From Gemmatimonadaceae bacterium (GTDB lineage: Bacteria; Gemmatimonadota; Gemmatimonadetes; Gemmatimonadales; Gemmatimonadaceae), in contig JBJMOW010000006.1 in the NCBI GenBank assembly GCA_045803545.1, forward strand, positions 96,001-160,000: a DNA stretch of 64,000 nt. The letters are read 5' to 3'. Below, piece by piece: positions 18,743-28,003 of this stretch. The position numbers and the translations under genes are program-made. The notes below the pieces were generated by a model, which was not told the origin of the DNA, made no database searches, and saw nothing but the letters and a program-made list of their open reading frames with translations. Numbering within the stretch: position 1 is the stretch's first letter; each line of letters starts with the position of its first letter.

Positions 18743-19999
18743 TTACGCTCCGCATTCGCGCGCGCGCTCCAACAGCAGCGCACGCTCACGTGAGTTTCGC
18801 GTCATTGACGCGGCGCGCTCGAACTCCGCGCGCGCTTCAGGAAATCGCTTGAGCTTCATCAGGAGATCTGCTCGTACACTCGGCAACAAATGATAATTTC
18901 TGAGCGCAGGCTCTGTCTGTAACGGCTCGACCAGCTCCAGCGCAGTCGCCGGGCCATATGCCATCGACACTGCCACCGCCCGATTGAGCTCGACGATTGG
19001 CGATGGCGTTAATTCGGCGAGCGCATCGTACAGCGCGACGATCCGCTCCCAGTCGGTTTCGTCGGCCGTGCGGGCACGAGCGTGACAGGCAGCGATCGCC
19101 GCCTGCAGCACATGAGGCCCGCGCTCGCCGCCCAAGCGCTCGGCGCGATCGAGTGCGGCGAGACCGCGGCGAATCAGCAGGTGGTCCCAGCGGCCACGAT
19201 CCTGATCGAGGAGAAGAATCGGCTCGCCCTTTGGCCCGGTTCGCGCGCGAAGGCGCGACGCCTGGATTTCCATCAGCGCTACGAGACCGTGCACCTCCGG
19301 CTCGTTGGCCGCCAGTTCGGCGAGGATGCGGCCAAGCCGTAGCGCATCCTCGCACAGCGCCGGGCGCATCCAGTCGTCGCCGGCAGTGGCAGAGTAACCT
19401 TCGTTGAAGATGAGATAGATGACACCGAGCACCGACGAAAGTCGCTCGTCTCGATCTTCGCCACGCGGAACTTCGAATGGCACGTGCGCTTCGGACAGAG
19501 TGCGCTTGGCTCTCACGATGCGCTGAGCAACCGTCGGCTCGGGCACCAGAAACGCGCGGGCGATCTCGTCGGTGGTCAATCCGCCAAGCAGTCTCAGCGT
19601 GAGCGCCACGCGCGCATCTGTAGAAAGAACCGGGTGGCAGGCGGTGAACATCAATCGCAGCAGATCATCGCCAATGTCGTCATCGAGTGCGGTGTCGAGG
19701 TCTGACACGCTCAGCTCCTGACGCTCTTCGAGCTCCGGCACCATCTGCTCATGCTTCCGCTCGAGGAGCTTGCTGCGACGATGCATGTCGATGGCGCGGT
19801 GCTTCGCCGTGGCCATGAGCCACGCCCCGGGATTATCAGGGATTCCCGTTTCGGGCCACCGCTCGAGTGCGGCGAGAAGTGCATCCTGCGCCAAATCCTC
19901 GGCGAGTCCGACATCGCCAGTGATGCGTGCAAGACTGGCGATGACTTTAGCCGACTCAATTCGCCAGACGGCATCGATCGCGCTGTTGACGTCGGACAC
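18743..19999 (-). CDS. ECF sigma factor with C-terminal TPR extension (ECF42-type)
   Basis: AEDLAQDA, DDLLRLMFTACHP and YLIFNEGY; lies downstream of YCII/DGPF genes. Confidence 0.92.
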   Translation of the reverse strand: MSDVNSAIDAVWRIESAKVIASLARITGDVGLAEDLAQDALLAALERWPETGIPDNPGAWLMATAKHRAIDMHRRSKLLERKHEQMVPELEERQELSVSDLDTALDDDIGDDLLRLMFTACHPVLSTDARVALTLRLLGGLTTDEIARAFLVPEPTVAQRIVRAKRTLSEAHVPFEVPRGEDRDERLSSVLGVIYLIFNEGYSATAGDDWMRPALCEDALRLGRILAELAANEPEVHGLVALMEIQASRLRARTGPKGEPILLLDQDRGRWDHLLIRRGLAALDRAERLGGERGPHVLQAAIAACHARARTADETDWERIVALYDALAELTPSPIVELNRAVAVSMAYGPATALELVEPLQTEPALRNYHLLPSVRADLLMKLKRFPEARAEFERAASMTRNSRERALLLERARECGA

Positions 20000-20008
20000 G
20001 CGTACGTG

Positions 20009-20404
20009 CTAGCGCCGACTCGCGGCGTTGTGCAAAGACGGTTGCGTAGGGTCGGCATCGAACGCCGGCTGCTCGTACATCTCGCGAACCTCGCTTTCCC
20101 CCGTGCCGGCGACTTTGAGGAAGCGCTTCGTCCATTCGATCGCTTCTTCTCTGGTCGCGACGTCGATGATCGCGTAGCCGCCGACTACTTCCTTGGCTTC
20201 GGCGAACGGGCCATCGGTGACCGTAAATCTCCCATCGTCGGTTATGCGAACGCGCGCACCTCGGGAGCTGGGGAGCAAACCATCGGTGCGGACGAGCACG
20301 CCCGCCGCCGAGATTTGCTCAATGAACTTTCCCATCGCGGCGATTTCTTCCTGGCTCGGTGGAGCGTTGCGCTCGACACTCTTGTAGATCGTCATGTATC
20401 GCAT
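20009..20404 (-). CDS. YciI/YCII (DGPF) family protein
   Basis: TDGPFAEAKEVVGGY. Confidence 0.92.
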   Translation of the reverse strand: MRYMTIYKSVERNAPPSQEEIAAMGKFIEQISAAGVLVRTDGLLPSSRGARVRITDDGRFTVTDGPFAEAKEVVGGYAIIDVATREEAIEWTKRFLKVAGTGESEVREMYEQPAFDADPTQPSLHNAASRR

Positions 20405-20410
20405 TTTTAC

Positions 20411-20845
20411 TTATCTCCCGGCGTTTTTCGCCATTTGCTCGCCGATGCGGCGCTCGTACTCGCGCATCTCCGGCGTGAACTCGGGGCCAAAGTCTTCGGC
20501 TTCGAAGATCTGCCGGATCTCGATTTCGGAATCCTCATTGGGCATCGGATTCGGGCACCGTTTCACCCACTCGATGCACTCAGCCATCGATTTGCACTGG
20601 AAAAGCCAGAATCCGGCGACCAGCTCCTTCGTCTCGGCGAACGGTCCGTCGACGACAGTACGTTTGCTGCCGCTGAACCGGACACGTGCGCCCTTCGAGC
20701 TCGGGTGGAGTCCTTCACCAGCCAGCATCACGCCCGCCTTGACCAGCTCTTCGTTGTACTTGCCCATCGCGGTGAGCAGCTCCATGTCGGGGAGCGCGCC
20801 CGTTTCGCTCTCCGGGGTCGCCTTTACCATCACGATAAATCGCAT
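20411..20845 (-). CDS. YciI/YCII (DGPF) family protein
   Basis: VDGPFAETKELVAGFW. Confidence 0.93.
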   Translation of the reverse strand: MRFIVMVKATPESETGALPDMELLTAMGKYNEELVKAGVMLAGEGLHPSSKGARVRFSGSKRTVVDGPFAETKELVAGFWLFQCKSMAECIEWVKRCPNPMPNEDSEIEIRQIFEAEDFGPEFTPEMREYERRIGEQMAKNAGR

Positions 20846-20881
20846 TGAGTCTCCTGTTCGTTAGAGTGCTTATACAAACGC

Positions 20882-20908
20882 GACGAACGGGGTGAGCGGA
20901 AATCGACA
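20882..20908 (-). promoter_or_regulatory. ECF42-type autoregulatory promoter
   Basis: Minus strand TGTCGA-tttccgctcaccccgtt-CGTC ahead of the YCII-YCII-sigma operon. Confidence 0.78.
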
Positions 20909-20970
20909 AGTCGGGAAACGAAGCCGATTTCAGCCGGCCGCAGACCGCCGGCCGCGAGCCGTTTTTAGTT

Positions 20971-21345
20971 TCAGCCCCCAACCAGCGCCAGGATATTCCC
21001 GTCCGGATCCTTGAACCACGCCGCCTTGAGCCCTCCGGCGACGTGGACATCGCCTTTGAGGGTCATCCCGGGAAGGGTGTAGTGCTCGAAGTTGACTCCC
21101 TTCTCCTTCAGCATTCGGGCAACGCCCTCGACATCGTCCAACTCCCACGTTGCAGCGGTCGCTTTGTTGGTACCGGCGAACATCGACTTATAGACAAGGA
21201 TCTTCGATTTCCCAACCTTGTAGTTGAGAACGTCTGCCTGTGGCGATTCCAGTCGCTTGAGGCCAAGGGTGTCTTCGTAGAATTTCCGGGCGCGTGCAAT
21301 GTCCTTTACCGCGATCGTCGCGATGGCGACGCTATCACCGAGCAT
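20971..21345 (-). CDS. VOC/glyoxalase family protein
   Basis: ARKFYEDTLGL and AWFKDPDGNIL. Confidence 0.9.
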   Translation of the reverse strand: MLGDSVAIATIAVKDIARARKFYEDTLGLKRLESPQADVLNYKVGKSKILVYKSMFAGTNKATAATWELDDVEGVARMLKEKGVNFEHYTLPGMTLKGDVHVAGGLKAAWFKDPDGNILALVGG

Positions 21346-22060
21346 GCGCCTCTCCTGTTGGTTTGTTGGTCTCCCTCTCACGTCGTGCAACCCAATTTCT
21401 AATTGTATCAGTCATCTGATCCAGGACCTGCGCATCCGTTGTTCCGGACGATTTCAAAACGTGGAAGCTGTGATCAGCACCTTCAACCCAGTGCATCTCC
21501 CAATTTGTGGCAACTCGTTTCAACACTTCCTCCATTAAGGAAGGCGTGCAGAAGGGATCACGCGTGCCATTGAAGCAGATGACGGGCATGCGGATCGAAG
21601 GCAGGTGCGCGTCGCGAAGCTGATCGGGTTTCCCGGGTGGATGAAGCGGGTACGCGAGCAGCACCAGCCCAGCAGCGTCAAAGCCATCCGACGCCAGCAT
21701 CGAAGCTGCCCTGCCTCCCATCGATCGGCCACCGATAATCAGTGTCCGCGGCGCGATCTCCGCTCTCGCTCGATCGACGACCGCCGTGAACGCGTCCCTC
21801 AGCTTTGGCATCGGATCGGGTCGGCCTGATTTCTTTTCCCTGTACAGGAAATTGAATCGAATGGTTCCGATGCCACGCTCGTTGAGCGCTCTCGAAGTCG
21901 CAACGACGGCCCGGTCGTTCATGTTGCCGCCCGCTCCGTGCGCGAACACGAAGGTTGCGCCTTCAGCGCCTACGGCTGGGTCGTAAATCGCGGAAGTCTC
22001 TTCCGCGCCTACTCGGACGCGCCACTCGCCGTCCGTACGCTGTCGTTCACGCGTCGCCAT
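21335..22060 (-). CDS. Alpha/beta hydrolase (DLH-like)
   Basis: HGAGG, GRSMGG nucleophile elbow, YPLHPPG, GTRD and GADH. Confidence 0.9.
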   Translation of the reverse strand: MATRERQRTDGEWRVRVGAEETSAIYDPAVGAEGATFVFAHGAGGNMNDRAVVATSRALNERGIGTIRFNFLYREKKSGRPDPMPKLRDAFTAVVDRARAEIAPRTLIIGGRSMGGRAASMLASDGFDAAGLVLLAYPLHPPGKPDQLRDAHLPSIRMPVICFNGTRDPFCTPSLMEEVLKRVATNWEMHWVEGADHSFHVLKSSGTTDAQVLDQMTDTIRNWVARRERETNKPTGEAHAR

Positions 22061-22141
22061 CGTACCTCAACTTATCACGCCAACTGCAGTGCGTGAATCT
22101 TGCGCGAATGATCTGATTAACGTATCGCGGACGAGCCTCTG

Positions 22142-23470
22142 ATGACAAAAAGCCGGCGAGCGACTGGAATCGTCGCGGCCGCCGTATTGGCGGCTGGAAT
22201 AACAGGATGCGGAGTCCCGGCCCGGGTGCCCGTGTTGGCGGAGACGGGACCAAGACCGGTGATCCCCAAGCCGAGCCCGTCACTCATTCCGGTGATGAAG
22301 GTCGTCGCCGCAAAGGGCTGGAGTGCGAACGCGACGCCAGCTGCACCGAGCGATGTCACAGTGCGGGCTTTCGCGCGTGATCTGCACCATCCGCGCTGGC
22401 TGTACGTGCTTCCCAACGGTGATGTGCTGGTCTCGGAGACCAATGCTCCGAAACGGCCAGATGACGCGAAAGGAATCAAAGGCTTCTTCTTCCGAATGTT
22501 TCAGGCTCGCGCTGGCGGCAGCGCGCCGAGTGAGAATCGCCTGCTGCTCCTTCGCGACAGCGATGGCGACGGCGTTGCCGATATCCGAACGGTCTTCCTC
22601 ACCGGTTTGCACTCTCCGTTTGGCGTGACGCTCGTCGGCGACGATCTCTACGTCGCGAACACCGACGGCATCGTCCGGTACCCATACACGCGCGGGCTGA
22701 CGACAATTTCGTCATCTGGCGTTAAGCTCGTCGATTTGCCTGGTGGGCGAATCAATCACCACTGGACGAAGAACGTCATCGCCAGCCCCGATGGTACGAA
22801 GCTGTACGCTGCCGTCGGCTCCAACAGCAACGCCGCCGAAAATGGCATCGCCCACGAGAATGGACGCGCGGCAATCTGGGAGATCGATCGGGCGACGGGG
22901 CGGCATCGCGTTTTTGCCACTGGCTTACGCAATCCTGTCGGCCTCGCGTGGCAACCTGACACCCGGATGTTATGGGTAGCGGTGAATGAGCGCGATGAGC
23001 TCGGCGCTGACCTGGTGCCCGACTACATCACGTCGGTGCGGGAGGGCGCCTTCTACGGCTGGCCCTATAGCTACTACGGCAAACACGTCGACTTTCGCGT
23101 CGAGCCACAGCGGCTCGATCTGGTCGATCGCGCGCTGGTACCTGATTATGCGCTCGGATCACACACGGCGTCCCTCGGTCTCACCTGGTCTGGTGCCTCG
23201 GCAATGCCGGAGCGTTTTCGACACGGGATGTTTGTCGGCCAGCACGGATCGTGGAACAGAAAACCTTTCAGCGGTTACAGGGTGGTATTCGTACACTTTG
23301 AAGACGGGCACCCATCGGGAGCTCCAATCGACGTACTGACCGGCTTCATCAAGCCAAACGGCGAAGCGATGGGTCGTCCCGTCGGCGTCGCGATTTCAGG
23401 CGATGGGGCCCTGCTAGTAGCGGATGATGTTGGGAATGCGGTTTGGAGAGTTTCTCGAAGAGCTCCGTAG
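22142..23470 (+). CDS. PQQ-dependent sugar/L-sorbosone dehydrogenase family lipoprotein
   Basis: HPRWLYVLPNGD, GLRNPVG, VNERDELG, HGSWNR and GRPVGV. Confidence 0.92.
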   Translation: MTKSRRATGIVAAAVLAAGITGCGVPARVPVLAETGPRPVIPKPSPSLIPVMKVVAAKGWSANATPAAPSDVTVRAFARDLHHPRWLYVLPNGDVLVSETNAPKRPDDAKGIKGFFFRMFQARAGGSAPSENRLLLLRDSDGDGVADIRTVFLTGLHSPFGVTLVGDDLYVANTDGIVRYPYTRGLTTISSSGVKLVDLPGGRINHHWTKNVIASPDGTKLYAAVGSNSNAAENGIAHENGRAAIWEIDRATGRHRVFATGLRNPVGLAWQPDTRMLWVAVNERDELGADLVPDYITSVREGAFYGWPYSYYGKHVDFRVEPQRLDLVDRALVPDYALGSHTASLGLTWSGASAMPERFRHGMFVGQHGSWNRKPFSGYRVVFVHFEDGHPSGAPIDVLTGFIKPNGEAMGRPVGVAISGDGALLVADDVGNAVWRVSRRAP

Positions 23471-23500
23471 TCGGGTGTCTACGCTTCGGCGAGCTCCGTG

Positions 23501-23640
23501 AACTAAAGTCGGCAGTCTGCAGTAAGGCGGTTAGCAGTTAGGAGTTGTTGTACGCGAGTCTATGGGGAAGGACGGCCCCGAGGCGCGTGTATGACAACTC
23601 CGACCTGCAGACTGTGCCTCTGCAAACTGCCGACCTTTTT
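23501..23640. repeat. Long hairpin element C (homolog of B)
   Basis: Starts AACTAAAGTCGGCAGT; right arm CGCGTGTATGACAACTCCGACCTGCAGACT...TGCAAACTGCCGAC closely matches B. Confidence 0.9.
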
Positions 23641-23664
23641 TCTGTGCCTGTCTGAGCCTCGGAC

Positions 23665-26619
23665 TTAAAGGGACTGCAGCGGAATTCCGATCTCATCCAG
23701 AAAGCGGTGCCCGCCGGTGCCTTTCCCGTCCCGCGTCTTGGCCCTCGTCATCACCAGCCGGTCTTTCGTACGGGTCATCCCGACGTAGAGAAGACGACGG
23801 GCTTCTTCCAGCTCCAGTTTGCTGAGCAGTCCGTCGCGCGGAATCGGGATCAGCTGCTCGTCCTCGACGCCGACGATGTACACGCGTGAGAATTCCAGGC
23901 CCTTAGTCGAGTGCATGGTCAGAAGATTCACTCGATTCGGTCTCGGCTGAGCGCCGTCGCTCTGCGAGAGCATCGCGCGTTCGAGAAACGCGCAGATGCT
24001 CGCCGGCAGCTCCCCCCGCTCACACGCTTCGATGAGCCGCCGCAGTCTCCCCATTGTCTCGGGATAGCGCGTCTGCGCCGTGCGCTCGGCGCGAAGGTGC
24101 TCCATCCGCTGATGGCCGCCAAGTAGCGTGATCAGCTCGTCAACGGTCGGAAGGTCGGCATCGCCACACTCGGCGCGCTCACGCGTGTAAATGTCCAGGC
24201 ACTCGCTGAATCTTCCCAGGGAATACGGCTGCACGAAATCGAGGAACTTCCGTGCTTCCTCACACAGTTGCTCGCGATCGCTCAGCGCGATGGCAACACC
24301 GAGGTGATCGAGAAGGTTCACGAGCGCGGTCTTGCGCGCGAATTCGAGTCGATCCTCACATAACGCGGGAAAGAGCTTGGCGAGCGCGCGCGAGTCGTCC
24401 AACGCGCGGTGCCACTGCGCGAGTCTGACACCGTACATTCGCGACAGCGACGATAGACTCGCGCTGGTACGGTGCAGTGTTCTCGCGAGCGGAAGGGTGT
24501 CGTACACACTGAGGTCGCGACCCCTCGGCAGCTTCGCCGCCATCCGACGCAGAATTGGGAAGTCAAAAGTGTAGCCATTATGCGCTACCAGCACATCCGT
24601 GCCGCAGAACGTTCTGAGCTTCTCCCACACCTCCTCGAAGTACGGCGCCTCGGCGACCACGCTCTCCGAGATGTGATGGGTCTTGAGCGCACCGGAAGTG
24701 ATCGGAACTCGCGGTTTGACGAGCGAATGAAATTCCTCTACGATCCTTCCGTGGCGCACGCGGACGGCCGCGAGCTCGACGATCTCCGCAACGTCGACTT
24801 CATTACCGGTGGTTTCAAGATCGATGGCAGTGAAATCCTCGCTGAAGCTCATTGCGAAGCCGCCGCTCCGCATTAGCTGCGCGGTCTTGAACAAGCCCAA
24901 CGCGAAGCCGAGTGACGGTAGATCCGCCGGCGTGATTCTCAGTGAGCCAACAGGCGGCGCGCCACCGACATGAACAGCGCGCAACCCGGTCTCGAGCAGG
25001 ATCCGCCGAGCGGGGATCTCGGCGCCGCCCATTCTCGGAATCCAAACGGAGCCGCCGTCGCCGATTGCTTCCTGAATCCGTGCAGCAAGGGTCACGACTT
25101 CTTCGTGAGCCTCCGGATCGGATAGCTCGTCGTGATGATCTTCCAGCACGGTCCGGTACGTTCCGACTTTTTCGGAGAGGATTGCCTCGACCAGCGACTG
25201 CAGCGAGCCGTGAGTCTGGGCGAGCACCTCGAGGTTTCGCAGCGCGTAGTGTCCGCGCCAGATCTTCTTCGCATCCGGATGGGCGCCCGGAGAATTCCGG
25301 GCGATGTGCTCGAGTTGGCGGAGCAGACTGCGTCCATCGCGCTCAGCTTCGGCGCGCGCTGTATCGAACAGCGCTGAAGGAAGCACGGCTTCGTAAAACA
25401 GCTCATGCTGGATTTCATCCCGCGGATTCGCGATCACGCGGAGAGCGGCGATCAAATAGCGGACGACGTCGTCGTCGCACAGCGCGTGACCCTGCGCGAG
25501 ACAGCACGGGACTCCGGCATTCAGAAACGCCGATTCCAGGACACTCCCAATTTTGTGCTTGCGATAAATGATGCCGACGTCCCCCCATTCCAGCGCGCCG
25601 TCGTGCTCGATGCGATCGCGACGGAGATCCTGAAGCAGCCAATTCGTTTCTGCTTCTTCGTTCGCAAATGCCAGCGCGCTCACTGGAAACGGCGACTCGT
25701 GAGCGGTGCGCTGTGGGGCGCGGTTGTCAAAGAGGGTTTCGTTCTGCGCGATGAATTTGCGCGCCGTCTCGAGAACCGCACGCGGACAGCGATGATTGTC
25801 CGCCAGCTGAAGAAGCGCAACGGGACCGAAGTCGTCCTGAAAGGTTTGAAAGACCCGCGGACTCGCACCCGCCCAGGAGTAGACTGACTGTTCGTCGTCG
25901 CCCACGGCGAAGATGTGACGATGATCCATCGCGAGCCGCCGCACGATCGCATACTGGATCTCGTTCAGATCCTGGAATTCGTCGATCAACACTTCGTCCC
26001 AGCGCGCGCGCACCTGCGCGGCAATCGCGTCGATGCGAAGAAGCTGCGCGGCTTTCAGAACCAGAGTATCGAAGTCGGCGATGTTTCGACCAACCGTCAG
26101 CGTCTGATAGGCCTCGAACACCTTTCGCTGGGGCCACTCGAGCGTGACGCCGCAAAAGCGATATCGCGCGAAAGCGTTGAGGAGATACTTATGCCTCCTC
26201 GCGGGGACGCGCAGCCGCCGCAGTACCGATCGCTGGTAGTCTTCATCCGCGATCCCGAATCCTGGCTGCATGTCCACTTCTTCACCGAACTCGCGCAACA
26301 GCTCGGCGCAAAAAGAGTGAATGGTGCCGCGCTTTACGCGATCACTCGCGTCGCCGAGCTCAGTAAGACGCTCCGCGATTTCGCCGGCCGCTTTGTTGGT
26401 GAAAGTGAAAACGCAGATTCGACCGGGATCGACGTTCAGACTTCCGATCAAATGGCGAACCCTCTCGATCAGGCAGAAGGTCTTCCCCGCTCCCGGTCCG
26501 GCGAGCACCAGCGTCGGGCCAGCCGGGGCCTCGATCGCTGAGCCTTGAGATGGCGTTGGTACGCGTGTGCACGAAGCGGCGTCAATCGCGACTGACGCCG
26601 CTTCGGCGATTCGCGCCAC
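23665..26619 (-). CDS. UvrD/Rep-family helicase with an inserted DnaQ-like 3'-5' exonuclease domain
   Basis: Helicase: AGPGAGKT, DEFQD, TMHSTKGLEF and EEARRLLYVGMTR; DEDDh: IDLETTG, AHNGYTFD and HRALDD. Confidence 0.9.
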   Translation of the reverse strand: MARIAEAASVAIDAASCTRVPTPSQGSAIEAPAGPTLVLAGPGAGKTFCLIERVRHLIGSLNVDPGRICVFTFTNKAAGEIAERLTELGDASDRVKRGTIHSFCAELLREFGEEVDMQPGFGIADEDYQRSVLRRLRVPARRHKYLLNAFARYRFCGVTLEWPQRKVFEAYQTLTVGRNIADFDTLVLKAAQLLRIDAIAAQVRARWDEVLIDEFQDLNEIQYAIVRRLAMDHRHIFAVGDDEQSVYSWAGASPRVFQTFQDDFGPVALLQLADNHRCPRAVLETARKFIAQNETLFDNRAPQRTAHESPFPVSALAFANEEAETNWLLQDLRRDRIEHDGALEWGDVGIIYRKHKIGSVLESAFLNAGVPCCLAQGHALCDDDVVRYLIAALRVIANPRDEIQHELFYEAVLPSALFDTARAEAERDGRSLLRQLEHIARNSPGAHPDAKKIWRGHYALRNLEVLAQTHGSLQSLVEAILSEKVGTYRTVLEDHHDELSDPEAHEEVVTLAARIQEAIGDGGSVWIPRMGGAEIPARRILLETGLRAVHVGGAPPVGSLRITPADLPSLGFALGLFKTAQLMRSGGFAMSFSEDFTAIDLETTGNEVDVAEIVELAAVRVRHGRIVEEFHSLVKPRVPITSGALKTHHISESVVAEAPYFEEVWEKLRTFCGTDVLVAHNGYTFDFPILRRMAAKLPRGRDLSVYDTLPLARTLHRTSASLSSLSRMYGVRLAQWHRALDDSRALAKLFPALCEDRLEFARKTALVNLLDHLGVAIALSDREQLCEEARKFLDFVQPYSLGRFSECLDIYTRERAECGDADLPTVDELITLLGGHQRMEHLRAERTAQTRYPETMGRLRRLIEACERGELPASICAFLERAMLSQSDGAQPRPNRVNLLTMHSTKGLEFSRVYIVGVEDEQLIPIPRDGLLSKLELEEARRLLYVGMTRTKDRLVMTRAKTRDGKGTGGHRFLDEIGIPLQSL

Positions 26620-26657
26620 GTCCGTTAGCGCACGCTGTGCAGCGCCGGTGGCTTCGA

Positions 26658-27083
26658 TCAGGGTCCGGTCTTGTAGAAGAAATGCTCGTGGACGACCTTG
26701 CCGTCCTTCACGGTATACAGCGCCATCTCCTCCATCTGGTTGCGTTTGCCCGTCTGTTTCGCCGTGATATCGTAATTGTAGTAAACCGCGAACTTGTCGC
26801 CCTCACCAATAAATGGGCCTTCGACGGTGGCTGAATGCACGGTGTTGTTCTCGCTCCACCATTTATTCTTTGCGAAGATGGCGTCGATGCCCTTCATTTC
26901 GCGCGGCATGAGTTCATTTCCCATCGACTCAACGCTCACAATTTCGGGCGAGTAGACATTCTTGATCGCATCGGCATTGCGGCCGACTCGGCAGAGCGAC
27001 ACGAGTTCCTCGGCGACTTCCGCGGTACTGGATCGTGTGGCCGGCATGGGGGTTGGAGGGGTAGCGGTGGCGTTGGTGGTCAT
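26658..27083 (-). CDS. SnoaL/NTF2-like protein
   Basis: YSPEIVSVES and EEMALYTVKDGKVVHEHFFY; RBS AGGAG. Confidence 0.85.
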   Translation of the reverse strand: MTTNATATPPTPMPATRSSTAEVAEELVSLCRVGRNADAIKNVYSPEIVSVESMGNELMPREMKGIDAIFAKNKWWSENNTVHSATVEGPFIGEGDKFAVYYNYDITAKQTGKRNQMEEMALYTVKDGKVVHEHFFYKTGP

Positions 27084-27187
27084 GAAGTCTCCTGTCGTTG
27101 ACCACTCCATAGTAGTGCGGGAACCGAACAGCGCCATAAGCTATTATCCAGTTCCAGGAAATGAAACAGACGTTCTAATCCACGATC

Positions 27188-28003
27188 ATGGCTGACCAAC
27201 GAACCAGACTTCGGGCCGTACTTGAGGAAAGTGAGATCGATCTTAGCGACCGCGCGGCCGAGCGGACGCGAGCTCTCGGCAAGGCTAAGGGCATCAAAAA
27301 GGCGGCAAAAGAGCAGCGCAAGCGGATCGAAAAACTACAGGACGTCTTCTACGCTGACGCACGCTTTGCCTTGCTGGTGGTGCTTCAGGGACGCGACGCA
27401 TCGGGGAAGGATGGCACAGTCAAGCACGTCTTCCGCAGCGTCAACCCAATGGGCTGCGAGGTCACCAGCTTCAAGCAGCCGACCGCAGAGGAGCGCGATC
27501 ACGATTTTCTGTGGCGGATCGAGAAACGCGTTCCGGCAAAGCGGATGATCGGGATCTTCAACCGCTCGCACTACGAGGACGTGATCGTACCGCGCGTCCA
27601 TCACGAGATCGGCGACGACAAGCTGCGGAAACGCTACGGGGAGATCAACGATTTCGAGAAGAATCTGGTCGAGAATTCGACGATCGTCCTCAAGTTCTTC
27701 CTCCATATCTCGCGCGACGAGCAGAAAAAGCGGTTGATGGAGCGGCTCAAGAATCCGAAGAAGAACTGGAAGTTTCGGGCGGGAGATCTCGACGACCGGG
27801 CGCTATGGGACGAGTACACCGCGGCATATCACGACATGATCGCCAGCTGCAGCACTCGCTGGGCGCGCTGGCTTATCGTTCCCGCGGATGACGAAGATGC
27901 GCGCAACCTTCTGGTCGCTCGGACCATTGCGGATACGCTCGATCGATTGAAGCTCCGCTATCCGCGCATCGATCCCAAACTCAAAAAACTGAAGTTCGAG
28001 TAA
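27188..28003 (+). CDS. ppk2: Polyphosphate kinase 2 family
   Basis: QGRDASGKDG, FNRSHYEDV and KFFLHIS. Confidence 0.92.
   Translation: MADQRTRLRAVLEESEIDLSDRAAERTRALGKAKGIKKAAKEQRKRIEKLQDVFYADARFALLVVLQGRDASGKDGTVKHVFRSVNPMGCEVTSFKQPTAEERDHDFLWRIEKRVPAKRMIGIFNRSHYEDVIVPRVHHEIGDDKLRKRYGEINDFEKNLVENSTIVLKFFLHISRDEQKKRLMERLKNPKKNWKFRAGDLDDRALWDEYTAAYHDMIASCSTRWARWLIVPADDEDARNLLVARTIADTLDRLKLRYPRIDPKLKKLKFE

Noticed and set aside
19751..20848. 365-aa + strand ORF (likewise 731..1654, 6256..7167, 40572..41483 and 47097..48143)
   Set aside because: Antisense shadows of clear genes in GC-rich DNA, with no motifs
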